Assembly (NCBI GenBank): GCA_964342695.1
Contig: CAYFFV010000003.1
Location: 53,695 to 117,694 of the forward strand
Source of the DNA: an uncultured Vicinamibacteraceae bacterium
GTDB taxonomy: Bacteria > Acidobacteriota > Vicinamibacteria > Vicinamibacterales > UBA8438
Reading direction: 5' to 3'
DNA: 64,000 bases
Shown one piece after another: positions 18,774 through 28,271 of the stretch. The position numbers and the translations under genes are program-made. Position 1 is the first letter of the stretch. Every line of letters starts with the position of its first letter. Under the pieces are notes generated by a model. The model saw only the letters and a program-made list of their open reading frames with translations, was not told the origin of the DNA and searched no databases.

Positions 18774-18939
18774 TCCTTAAATTATTGAGAAGCCTCTTAA
18801 CATATCTTAAGGTGGTCACGAGTTTAGAGAAAGATTCTCGAAGAGCATAGGTTTAGAGTCTAAGAATTACCAAAGCTATAGTATTACGGTTACCTAAGTG
18901 TGGGAACGCGAGGTTCAACTAGAGTTTAAGGAGAGCCAC

Positions 18940-20175
18940 ATGTACTGGCTTAAATGGGCAAGGCGATCGATTCGATTTGTTTCGCTTTTTCAATTTTTAA
19001 TCATCATAAGTGTTATGTGCGGTTTTTCCGTGTTGGTGTGTGCCGAGCAGACAGATAATCCTTCTCTTCCGGCCCTCGATTTACCGGATGAACCTGTTGT
19101 CGTTGACACCGCTGAGATGCAGATCCGGGTCGAAATTATTACAGAGAAACTTTCCCACCCCTGGGGCTTAGCTTTTCTTCCGGATGGTGGCATTTTGGTC
19201 ACGGAGCGCGATGGACGGCTTCGGCTTGTTCGGGGAGATCGATTGAGCGACGAGGTCATTAAAGGACTTCCACAAGTACATGCTGTCGGCGTTGCGGGTT
19301 TAATGGACATCGCGTTACACCCTTTGTTTAGGGAAAACCGCTGGTTGTATTTCACCTACTCAAAACCAGAAGCTGATGAAGTACGAGTTGCACTTGCACG
19401 CGGGCGTTTAAAGGGCCTGAGGTTGTCGAATGTCGAAGATCTGTTTCTCTCGGATATTCTCGGAGGGAGTGGAGCGGCGGCTTCACGGATTGTGTTCGGG
19501 AAGGATGGCAGTCTATATATGACGGTGGGTGGTGCGTTTGGTGAAGAATTTGGTAAACGTGCCCAAGATTTGACAGATACCGTTGGCAAGGTGATCCGCC
19601 TAAATGCTGATGGCAGTATCCCCGAGGACAATCCTTTTGTGGATCAAGATAATAGCAAGCCTGAAATATATTCGCTGGGGCATCGTAATCAACTTGGTTT
19701 GGCTGTTCATCCTGAAACGGGTGAGGTCTGGGCGAACGAAAATGGACCTCTTGGTGGCGATGAAATTAATGTCATTACTGCTGGTGGAAATTATGGATGG
19801 CCGCTCGTTTCTTATAGTCGGTACTATTCTGGACCAAGAGTCGCTGCGAGGTCTTGGCAACAGGGAATCGAAGAGCCAGAAATAGTGTGGCTGCCGTCGA
19901 TCGCACCTTCGGGGATGACGTTTGTCACGAGCGATCTGTTTCCGAAGTGGAAAAATAATATTTTTGTCGGTTCTTTGAGAACTGGAATGATTAGGAACAC
20001 GGGACATTTAGAGCGCATAGTTTTAAATGATGATGGTCAAGAGCAGCATCGCGAATGGATTCTTTCTGAATTTCGACAACGGATTAGAGATGTTCGACAG
20101 GGACCGGACGGATTATTGTATGTATTAACAGATGCAGATGATGCGGCTCTGCTGAAACTTAGTCCAGCTCAATAG
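18940..20175 (+). CDS. PQQ-dependent soluble sugar dehydrogenase family (sGDH/YliI-like), paralog 1
   Basis: PWGLAFLPDG.ILVTER.GRL, GLMDIALHP, IPEDNPF, GHRNQLG, GGDEIN, GGNYGWP, RIRDVRQGPDG. Start at ATG 18940 after AAGGAG. Confidence 0.9.
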   Translation: MYWLKWARRSIRFVSLFQFLIIISVMCGFSVLVCAEQTDNPSLPALDLPDEPVVVDTAEMQIRVEIITEKLSHPWGLAFLPDGGILVTERDGRLRLVRGDRLSDEVIKGLPQVHAVGVAGLMDIALHPLFRENRWLYFTYSKPEADEVRVALARGRLKGLRLSNVEDLFLSDILGGSGAAASRIVFGKDGSLYMTVGGAFGEEFGKRAQDLTDTVGKVIRLNADGSIPEDNPFVDQDNSKPEIYSLGHRNQLGLAVHPETGEVWANENGPLGGDEINVITAGGNYGWPLVSYSRYYSGPRVAARSWQQGIEEPEIVWLPSIAPSGMTFVTSDLFPKWKNNIFVGSLRTGMIRNTGHLERIVLNDDGQEQHREWILSEFRQRIRDVRQGPDGLLYVLTDADDAALLKLSPAQ

Positions 20176-20192
20176 ATAGTATGGAGGTTTGG

Positions 20193-21434
20193 ATGAAAAC
20201 CTTTCTGGCTTGCTTAATGTTTGGCGTGACGTTTCTGTCGCTGGCGATCGATGCGCAACGCCCCATAGGATTGTCTGCCGAACCTCAAGTGTTCAATGCG
20301 GACGGACAAATGATTCGCGTGGTAGCAATCGAAGGTTTGGTGCGGCCGTGGGCACTAGCAAATCTTCCGAATGGCGATATTTTAGTTACTGAAAGAGAAG
20401 GGCGACTGCGGATTATTAGAGGTGACGTTCTGGATCCGGAACCGATTACAGGGTTGCCAATTATTAATACAGGAGCTGTGAATTCAGGCTTAATGGATAT
20501 TGCTTTACATCCAGACTATGCATCGAATCAGCTTGTTTATTTCACCTATTCGAAACCTATGGAAGGGAATCCTCACGAGGATTTTGAAGGGGAACGCGAT
20601 GCGGCAACCTGCACTTTGGCACGCGGGCGTTTTGATGGTGGACATCAACTTCTCGAGGTTGAAGATGTTTTCGTTGCAGACGCGTGGTCGCAAGGTACTT
20701 CCGGTGCCAGAATTGCATTTAGTCGAGATGGAAAAATCATTATGAGTGTCGGTATGCCGACACGACACAAAATTGGCACAGCTGACGATGCGCAGAATCC
20801 AGCTAACCATGCTGGAAAAATTCTACGACTTAATGATGACGGTAGCGTGCCGCATGATAATCCCTTTGTTGGTTACGATGAGTATCGGCCTGAGATTTAT
20901 GCGTTAGGCATTCGAAATGCTCTTGGCCTATTTGTGCACCCAGAAACTGGTGAAATTTGGGAAACTGAAAATGGTCCTATGGGAGGCGATGAACTTAATA
21001 TCATTAGGCCTGGTCGTAATTACGGATGGCCCATCATCTCGTACGGTACCGACTATACAGGCAACAAACTTGGTGGACTATCTGGGACAACGTCGGAACA
21101 GACGTGGGCACCAGGTATGGAGGAGCCGTTCATGTTCTGGATGCCATCACCAGCGTTAACTGGTCTCATTATTTATACCGGCGACAAATTTCCTAGGTGG
21201 AAAGACCAAGTGTTTATCGGGGCGCTGGGTGGTGCAAATTTAGGATCTCGACAATTACATCGGATTGTTTTGAATACGGATGGAGAAGTACAACGACGAG
21301 GTAACAATACGCTGCTAGGAGAGTTAAAACAGCGAATTCGTGACGTACGACAAGGACCAGATGGTTTACTTTATCTCACTACAGATGAGCCGGATGGCGC
21401 TGTTCTACGGATTGAACCGGTCGCTGTCGACTGA
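20193..21434 (+). CDS. PQQ-dependent soluble sugar dehydrogenase family (sGDH/YliI-like), paralog 2
   Basis: PWALANLPNG.ILVTEREGRL, GLMDIALHP, VPHDNPF, GIRNALG, GGDELN, GRNYGWP, RIRDVRQGPDG. Signal peptide MKTFLAC. Confidence 0.9.
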   Translation: MKTFLACLMFGVTFLSLAIDAQRPIGLSAEPQVFNADGQMIRVVAIEGLVRPWALANLPNGDILVTEREGRLRIIRGDVLDPEPITGLPIINTGAVNSGLMDIALHPDYASNQLVYFTYSKPMEGNPHEDFEGERDAATCTLARGRFDGGHQLLEVEDVFVADAWSQGTSGARIAFSRDGKIIMSVGMPTRHKIGTADDAQNPANHAGKILRLNDDGSVPHDNPFVGYDEYRPEIYALGIRNALGLFVHPETGEIWETENGPMGGDELNIIRPGRNYGWPIISYGTDYTGNKLGGLSGTTSEQTWAPGMEEPFMFWMPSPALTGLIIYTGDKFPRWKDQVFIGALGGANLGSRQLHRIVLNTDGEVQRRGNNTLLGELKQRIRDVRQGPDGLLYLTTDEPDGAVLRIEPVAVD

Positions 21435-21492
21435 TACGCAGGAAATAAAACAGGAAAAAATTTTTCCGGGATAAATCATAGGAGACGCAAAC

Positions 21493-22923
21493 ATGGAGCG
21501 TTGTTTTGCAAAGATTACGGTTACTGTGTGGTTCACGGCCTGTGTTGTAACAGCTCAGTTGATTGCGGGTGAAACAAAAAACTGGCCAGCGTTTCGAGGT
21601 GAGAAAGCACGGGCAGTTGTTGAGGATGATCAGCGTTTACCGATGACCTGGAGCACAACGGACAATGTTGTGTGGAAGGCTCCTGTCGAAGGGTTGGGTT
21701 GGTCTTCGCCGATTGTCTGGGACGATCTCATTTTTCTGACGACCGTTGCTTCGGAAGGTGAAACCGCTGAGCCACGCATGGGGCTTTATTTTCCTTTTGG
21801 CACGCCTAGATCTGATCCGGGGCTTCCAGCACCTAAGGAAGGTGAACGTATGGAGCAGTCAGCGGATGTTCATTCTTGGCTAGTTTATGCGTTTGATATC
21901 AATACGGGTGCTGTGGTTTGGAAAACGGAGGTGCATCAAGGTGTGCCAGGATTTGATCGCCACCTCAAGAATTCGTACGCCTCTGAAACCCCGGTAACTG
22001 ACGGACACAGGATTTATGCATACTTTGGAAACGTCGGTGTTTTTGCGCTTGATATGACAGGTTCGGTGGTATGGGAACGGCGTGTCGAAATCAGTAGTAC
22101 ACGAATGGGATGGGGAACAGCGTCGTCTCCTGTGCTCTTCGAAGATCAATTATTTGTTGTAAATGATAACGATGATCAGTCGTATGTCCTTGCGCTGGAT
22201 GCCGCAACGGGAGATGAAAACTGGCGTGTTAACCGAGAAGAGGGCACCAATTGGGCTACGCCGTTTGTGTGGCAGAATCAGTTACGAACGGAATTGGTGA
22301 CTGTTGGCACTGGTGAAGTGCGTTCTTATGCTCTTGATGGAAGTCTGCTCTGGAATTTTAAAGGTCTAAATTCAATTACGATTCCACAGCCTTTTAGTGA
22401 GCACGGCATGCTTTATGTAACTTCTGGTTATCTTGGGGATGAAATAAAACCTGTATATGCTATTCGTCCTGGGGCTTTTGGGGATATCACCCTAGTGGAT
22501 GGTCAGAACAGCAATGATTATATTGTCTGGTATGCTGATTCTGCGGGTCCATACCACCCGACGCCTTTGGTCTATGGAGATTATTATTTTACGCTCTTAG
22601 ATCGTGGGTTTTTTACCGTGCACGATGCACTGACGGGTGAAGAATTGTATTTCACAGAACAACAAATCCAGAACAATGAAGTGCGTCGTCGCGTTGCTCG
22701 TGGCGCCAGTGGTTTTACGGCTTCTCCGTGGGCTTATAACGGAAAGATTTTTGTGATGAGCGAAGACGGTGACACATACGTTCTGGATACCACTGATAAT
22801 TTTAGATTGGTTGGAACCAATTCGTTGGACGAAGTAGCGATGTCAAGCCCAGCCATCGTCCGAGGGAGTCTGTTTATTAGAACACGGTCACACTTGTGGC
22901 GACTAAGCGATGCTGCCAGATAG
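21493..22923 (+). CDS. PQQ-binding-like (BamB-type) beta-propeller repeat protein
   Basis: NWPAFRG, P.TWS...NVVWK, G.GWSSPIVW, NSYASETPVTDG, WGTASSP, ASPWAYNGK, SSPAIV..LFIRT. Confidence 0.85.
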   Translation: MERCFAKITVTVWFTACVVTAQLIAGETKNWPAFRGEKARAVVEDDQRLPMTWSTTDNVVWKAPVEGLGWSSPIVWDDLIFLTTVASEGETAEPRMGLYFPFGTPRSDPGLPAPKEGERMEQSADVHSWLVYAFDINTGAVVWKTEVHQGVPGFDRHLKNSYASETPVTDGHRIYAYFGNVGVFALDMTGSVVWERRVEISSTRMGWGTASSPVLFEDQLFVVNDNDDQSYVLALDAATGDENWRVNREEGTNWATPFVWQNQLRTELVTVGTGEVRSYALDGSLLWNFKGLNSITIPQPFSEHGMLYVTSGYLGDEIKPVYAIRPGAFGDITLVDGQNSNDYIVWYADSAGPYHPTPLVYGDYYFTLLDRGFFTVHDALTGEELYFTEQQIQNNEVRRRVARGASGFTASPWAYNGKIFVMSEDGDTYVLDTTDNFRLVGTNSLDEVAMSSPAIVRGSLFIRTRSHLWRLSDAAR

Positions 22924-22998
22924 TGGCAGAGCACCGTTAGCCTGCCGGCAAGACTTTTTCTAACATGTAATTAAGTACTAGGTATACACTCCACGACT

Positions 22999-23904
22999 AT
23001 GAGTTATTTCGATCGTTGGGTACAGCACCCACAGACTGTTTGGTTACGTAAAGCGCTCTTTCAAGTTCACTTATGGTCCGGTATTGGCGTCGGTTTGTAT
23101 TTGGTCGTCATTAGCGTGACGGGAAGCATTTTAGTTTTTCGTAGTGAACTCAGACAAACGTTTATGCCGCAACCGGTGTTTGTTGAGGCAGTTGGGGAGC
23201 GCATGGATTCTGACCAAATTCTTGTCGCTGCCGAACGGGTTTACCCAGATGGTGATGTCTCCATTTTTGCTGAACGCGACATCCCGACACAGGCAGTCAC
23301 GATTTCGGTCAACCGAGAGGGTGAAGTTCAACAAATGTTGCTTGATCCTTTTACCGGAGCTGATTTAGGTCATGCCATGCCTGCTGGGTGGCGAGCGACC
23401 ACTTGGTTGTTGGATCTTCACGACAATTTACTTTCCGGGGAGACGGGCCGAAAATTTAATGGGTTTGGTGCGATCTTAATGACCTTGCTTAGTGTGACGG
23501 GGATCATCATCTGGTGGCCTGGCGCTGAAACATGGCGGCGGAGTCTTACAGTCGATTTTCGTGCTAATTGGCGACGTTTAAATTGGACTCTCCATAGTGC
23601 GATTGGATTCTGGACCTTACTCTTTGTGTTTATGTGGGGCTTTACCGGAATCTATTTGTGCTTTCCCCAGGTTTTTACGGCGTTTGTAGATTACGTCGAG
23701 CCTTTTAACATGGAAACATTTGAGGACCGTGTAGGAGACGCAGTGTTGTACTGGTTGACAAGACTTCATTTTGGCCGGTTCTCTATGGCAACGAAGATCC
23801 TGTGGTCCATTCTTGGTCTGGTGCCCGTCGTTATGTTTGTAACCGGTTCGTTAATGTGGTGGAATCGGGTGATCAGACCTCGTGGAACTAGGGTGGCGCA
23901 ATGA
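22999..23904 (+). CDS. PepSY-associated TM-helix membrane protein (putative di-heme b, FoxB/PiuB-like)
   Basis: QVHLWSG, SVTGSILVF, LLDPFTG, LDLHDNLL, GIIIWWP, LHSAIG, RLHFG, VTGSLMWW. Four TM His residues. Confidence 0.85.
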   Translation: MSYFDRWVQHPQTVWLRKALFQVHLWSGIGVGLYLVVISVTGSILVFRSELRQTFMPQPVFVEAVGERMDSDQILVAAERVYPDGDVSIFAERDIPTQAVTISVNREGEVQQMLLDPFTGADLGHAMPAGWRATTWLLDLHDNLLSGETGRKFNGFGAILMTLLSVTGIIIWWPGAETWRRSLTVDFRANWRRLNWTLHSAIGFWTLLFVFMWGFTGIYLCFPQVFTAFVDYVEPFNMETFEDRVGDAVLYWLTRLHFGRFSMATKILWSILGLVPVVMFVTGSLMWWNRVIRPRGTRVAQ

Positions 23905-25112
23905 TTACAGTGTCGAGATCTTTTCTCTTAGGCGCGCTCATTTTTGTTCAGAGTTCGGTCGTTATGGACGCGCAAGCCGTGCGAGGCGTGCCTGCTCTTC
24001 CAGGGACACAAACGGTTTCTCCCTTAACTGAAGCCAGAGTGTCTCCGTTGCCAAGTATCGAATGGACGGACGAGCAACGGGTCGTGTCGGAACTCTATGC
24101 GCAAACCGGAGATCTGGGAAATGCCTTTAGTACGATGCTTCGTGTTCCGGAACTTGCTGAGGTCGTATATCCCTTTCTTAAGTACACTTCGTATGATTCG
24201 ACACTTGACCCACGGCATCGTGAACTTCTTATACTGCGGGTTGCATGGTTAACCCAAAATGCCTATATCTGGGCGGATCATGCCCAAGTAGCGCAAGAAG
24301 TTGGTCTCGATTTAGCAGATATTTACCGCATTGCACTTGGGCCAGGTGCCGATTGGGATGACGCATCTGAGAAACTCTTACTTCAATTTGCAGACGAGCT
24401 TTTTCGCAATTCTTCTGTGACGGATGCTACGTGGACAACGCTGTCAGAGAAATTTGATCTTTACAACATGATGGATGCTGTGATGACGGTTGCGGAATTT
24501 ACGACTTTGTCGATGTTGTTTAATTCCCTTGGTGTACAACCAGATTCTAGCGCCACAAATCGACTTCCGTCCGACGTACCCTACAGCGTAGTTGTTCCCG
24601 ATAGAGAACCCCCGCTTACCCGCCCGCGCATTGCACCTGAGGAAGGTGACAGTCTCAGAGTGGTACGTACCATCGCTCGACATCCTGAAGTTTTTCGAAC
24701 GTGGGGGGGGAACACTAGTTTTGTGAATCGATTGTCTTCCCTGACTCCACATGACCGTGAGCTGCTTATTCTACGCATAGGATGGAACTGCCAAGCAGAA
24801 TACGAGTGGGCGAAACATGTTGGAACAGTCGGACGAGCCCGTGATCATGGTTTAGAACCGCGATGGATTGCCGAAGGTCCGGAGTCACCTCGCTGGGAAC
24901 CATGGCAAGTCCAGCTATTGACAGCGACCGACGAGTTATTCCGAGATGCGGTTATTTCTGATAAGACCTGGAAAGAATTGTCGGAGTTGTATAACACTCA
25001 TCAGATGATGAGTATCGTAATGACCGTTGGAACTTATCGTTTTGTTTCCATGGCCCTCAATGCTTTTGGCGTGCAACTGTTGCCGGACGATGAACGATTT
25101 CCAGTATTTTAA
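23901..25112 (+). CDS. Tandem carboxymuconolactone decarboxylase (CMD/AhpD-like) domain protein with signal-like N-terminus
   Basis: Two repeats: RELLILR.AW....YIWADH and RELLILRIGWNCQAEYEWAKH, each followed by DELF....V.D.TW..L. ATGA overlap with the upstream gene. Confidence 0.8.
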   Translation: MITVSRSFLLGALIFVQSSVVMDAQAVRGVPALPGTQTVSPLTEARVSPLPSIEWTDEQRVVSELYAQTGDLGNAFSTMLRVPELAEVVYPFLKYTSYDSTLDPRHRELLILRVAWLTQNAYIWADHAQVAQEVGLDLADIYRIALGPGADWDDASEKLLLQFADELFRNSSVTDATWTTLSEKFDLYNMMDAVMTVAEFTTLSMLFNSLGVQPDSSATNRLPSDVPYSVVVPDREPPLTRPRIAPEEGDSLRVVRTIARHPEVFRTWGGNTSFVNRLSSLTPHDRELLILRIGWNCQAEYEWAKHVGTVGRARDHGLEPRWIAEGPESPRWEPWQVQLLTATDELFRDAVISDKTWKELSELYNTHQMMSIVMTVGTYRFVSMALNAFGVQLLPDDERFPVF

Positions 25113-25192
25113 ACAGTTTCTGCGTATCGCTTGACTGTGGTTGTGTCCACTGCTAGCTTGGCTAACTCAGAACCTTCACTTGGAGGGACGAC

Positions 25193-25681
25193 GTGGCATC
25201 TAATTGTAAGTTACTGGCGGGCTTAGTTCTTAGCATGCTCTTGATGATTTTCGGGACGGCAAGTGCGCAACTGGGAGCACCTTTTTCTGGAACACTCGAA
25301 CCGATTAATGTTGGAGGGGGAGTGACGGGAACAGGGTTTCTGTATTCGGTGCTTGATTACTATCCGGAAGGACCGAAGCTCATGGTCAACGGGACGTTCG
25401 AAGGAATGCGTTCCGCAGCTACGGTCGCACATCTTCATCGAGCTACAGTCGGGCCGGATGATCCCGACGGGCCAACTCCTGGACCTAAGGTGTTTGATTT
25501 GGTTGTGTCTGCGGATGTCCATGGGACAGTAAACGGCAGTTTCTGGATTTCTGAAGACCAGGCAGAAGAATTAAAACAGGGTTGGTACTATGTGCAGGTT
25601 CATTCTAAGGATCAACCTGCCGGAGCTTTACGTGGGTGGTTGATACAAGGGTTTCTGCACAATCCTGAAGATTCACCTTGA
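25193..25681 (+). CDS. Exported CHRD domain protein
   Basis: Signal peptide; ATVAHLHRA, G.FWIS..Q.EEL..G.YYVQVHS...P.G.LRG. RBS GGAGGG before GTG. Confidence 0.85.
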   Translation: MASNCKLLAGLVLSMLLMIFGTASAQLGAPFSGTLEPINVGGGVTGTGFLYSVLDYYPEGPKLMVNGTFEGMRSAATVAHLHRATVGPDDPDGPTPGPKVFDLVVSADVHGTVNGSFWISEDQAEELKQGWYYVQVHSKDQPAGALRGWLIQGFLHNPEDSP

Positions 25682-27030
25682 GGGTGGTGAACATCATGAC
25701 TCAGCAAGTATGTGTCTTATTTAAATTTAGTATTTGTATAGTTACTATTATTTTCCTGATCCCTTTTGAGGGATTAGCCCAGCAAGGGTCGGCTGAAGAT
25801 TTCTGGCCTCAGTGGCGTGGCCCACATCAGAACGGAGTGTCACTGACGGCGACTCCTCCAGTGGAGTGGAGCGAAACCAATAATATTAAGTGGAAGACTG
25901 AAATTCCCGGTCTTGGTGCTGCAACGCCCGTAGTGTGGGGTGATCGTATATTTCTTTTGAGTGCTGTACCGGTCGGTGTCTCAAAAGAAGAGGAACACGA
26001 ATATCGAGGTGCACTTCCAGAACGAGACATCCATCGCTATGTCGTGGTTGCTATTGATCGACTCGACGGAGAGATTGTGTGGGAGCGTGTGGCAGGTGAG
26101 CAAAAGCCTCACGAGGCTACCCATGCGACGGCGGGTACCTATGCATCTAGTTCCGCCATTACTGACGGTGAACATGTGGTTGCTTTCTTTGAATCGAACG
26201 GCTTGTACGTCTATGACATGCTAGGCAACCTTGTGTGGAATACTGATCTTGGTGACAAGCGCGTTCTTACAGAAGGTGGTGAGGGGACAACTCCGGCTCT
26301 TTACGGGAATACTCTTGTTTTAGTATGGGATCATAATGATCAATCGTTCATCGTTGCTTTCGACAAACGGACTGGTGAAGAGTTGTGGAAGACCGATCGA
26401 GACGAGTTGGATACATGGGCAACACCCATCATTGTTGATGACGGAAGACGCCCACAGGTCATCACGAACGGATGGAGTCGTCTTCGGAGTTACGATCTTC
26501 AAACTGGTGAAGAGATTTGGTACACCACTGGCCTGACTCCCCTGACGATACCTTCTCCTGTTGCGGGTGATGGAATGGTTTACGCCATGAGTGGTTTCAA
26601 CGGTGCTTTTCTTAAAGCAATCAGTTTAGTGGATGCCCGTGGTGATATTACTGGCACAGGAGCGATTGCATGGTCCCACAACCGAGACACTCCTTACGTG
26701 TCTTCCCCGTTACTGTACGACGGAGCTTTATATTTCACTAAGTATGTTCACGGCATTCTATCGGTCTTTGATGCGAAAGAGGGCAAGGCACACTATGGTC
26801 CTCAGCGTGTGGAAGGTTTGCGTGGTGTTATGGCTTCTCCCGTCGGAGCCGACGGGAGAGTCTATTTAACTGGCCGTGATGGAACAACTGTCGTAATTCG
26901 CCACGGAACGACCTATGAGGTGTTAGCGACAAATAAACTCGATGATCAATTTAGTGCGTCGATGGCGTTAGTAGGCGATCAGATTTATATGCGCGGCGAT
27001 TCGTATCTGTACTGCATTTCTGAAAATTAG
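25678..27030 (+). CDS. PQQ-binding-like beta-propeller repeat protein
   Basis: FWPQWRGPHQNG, WSETNNIKWK, ATPVVWGD, YASSSAITDG, SSPLLYDG, ASPVGADG. Confidence 0.85.
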   Translation: MRVVNIMTQQVCVLFKFSICIVTIIFLIPFEGLAQQGSAEDFWPQWRGPHQNGVSLTATPPVEWSETNNIKWKTEIPGLGAATPVVWGDRIFLLSAVPVGVSKEEEHEYRGALPERDIHRYVVVAIDRLDGEIVWERVAGEQKPHEATHATAGTYASSSAITDGEHVVAFFESNGLYVYDMLGNLVWNTDLGDKRVLTEGGEGTTPALYGNTLVLVWDHNDQSFIVAFDKRTGEELWKTDRDELDTWATPIIVDDGRRPQVITNGWSRLRSYDLQTGEEIWYTTGLTPLTIPSPVAGDGMVYAMSGFNGAFLKAISLVDARGDITGTGAIAWSHNRDTPYVSSPLLYDGALYFTKYVHGILSVFDAKEGKAHYGPQRVEGLRGVMASPVGADGRVYLTGRDGTTVVIRHGTTYEVLATNKLDDQFSASMALVGDQIYMRGDSYLYCISEN

Positions 27031-27085
27031 AGCAGGACTTCCAAAGATTTCGCCAATTTAAATATTTACGCCGATACTCCCATAT

Positions 27086-28105
27086 TTAATTGCTGATCCT
27101 CTCCCATGTGATTGAGGACTGCACTTCTTGCCCGTCAGTGGTTCTTGGCGGTGGTCGCAAAGTGAGGGTCGTATCTGTCAGTTCAAAGAATCGTTGTGCG
27201 TCGGTTCCAGCTTGTCCTGGATTAAGATTCCCAATACGGTGATGGATAAAATAGCTCTCCGGCTCGTTCACAGAAAATGGCCCAAAGTAGCTTCCATAGG
27301 TTTGTATGGCTTGGCGTGCTTCTTCGGGCGTGGGTGAGCCGCTGTAAACTGGTCGGTTCGGTCGTGATATGTGCACGGCCATATGACCGGATCGCATGTA
27401 ACTGATGAATGCATTGTCCCATTGTTCTGTCGGAATAGAGGAACCGTCCGAGGTCACACGTTCGATTTTTGTAAACCGGTAAAATCCAAATAACCGACGA
27501 TGGGTATCTGTCAATTCAGCTTCCGGTAGATCCGGTACTCGCTTCCATACGATGCGTCGCTTAATACCAGAGTCGTCTTCAGGGGGCATCAGAATTAGCT
27601 GGTCATCAATAAATTCGTAAAAGCGTTGGTTGTCATTAGCTGAATCTGGTGGTCGCACGTTCCCCTGTAAATGATGTGTCAGAAAGCCCTCGGCTTCGTT
27701 CACAGTGTAAGTACCAAAGTAAGAGGTGTAAGTTCCTAGGGCTCCTACCGCTTCTTCCCCACTTGGTGTGGCTGTTGCGTATGCTGGACGTTCGGGTGGC
27801 ATAATCACGACACCCATATAACCCGCTGGGTCGTACATAATGTATCCAACTTCCCCTGCGGCCCCCGGCGATGGAGCTTCGGGCAAGGGAAGGATGCTGC
27901 CATCAGCTGCAATGCGTTCTCTTCTCACCAACTCCCAATTTCCAACAAATTGTAATCTTGGATCCGGAGAAACCTCTTCAATGGGTGCGGCGTCTATGTT
28001 TTCCGATATAGATGATTCTTGTTCCGCTTCAGAACAGGCAGTTACGAAAAGGGTCGGTGCGAGAATCAGCAGAAAAAAATATTTTTTTATCATTATCTCC
28101 TCCAT
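27086..28105 (-). CDS. Lipoprotein with two lipocalin-like domains
   Basis: Lipobox LFVTAC; two repeats FVGNWELV...G.I.Y...G.M.V...Y.SYFG.Y.V.E....HH..GN..P....QRF.E.....L.L. Confidence 0.8.
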   Translation of the reverse strand: MEEIMIKKYFFLLILAPTLFVTACSEAEQESSISENIDAAPIEEVSPDPRLQFVGNWELVRRERIAADGSILPLPEAPSPGAAGEVGYIMYDPAGYMGVVIMPPERPAYATATPSGEEAVGALGTYTSYFGTYTVNEAEGFLTHHLQGNVRPPDSANDNQRFYEFIDDQLILMPPEDDSGIKRRIVWKRVPDLPEAELTDTHRRLFGFYRFTKIERVTSDGSSIPTEQWDNAFISYMRSGHMAVHISRPNRPVYSGSPTPEEARQAIQTYGSYFGPFSVNEPESYFIHHRIGNLNPGQAGTDAQRFFELTDTTLTLRPPPRTTDGQEVQSSITWERISN

Positions 28106-28271
28106 AACTTAGTGCCCGAATACCGCTCACAGCATTGCCTTGTGTGGCGTTCAAATCGAGAAATTACCGAGAGCGAAGCATTAAAACAATAGACTTATGC
28201 AGCTTTTCCAAGTATTCGTGTTGCAGTTCAGCATAGACTAAAGGTGCATTGATAGGAAGGGAGTTCGAAAA

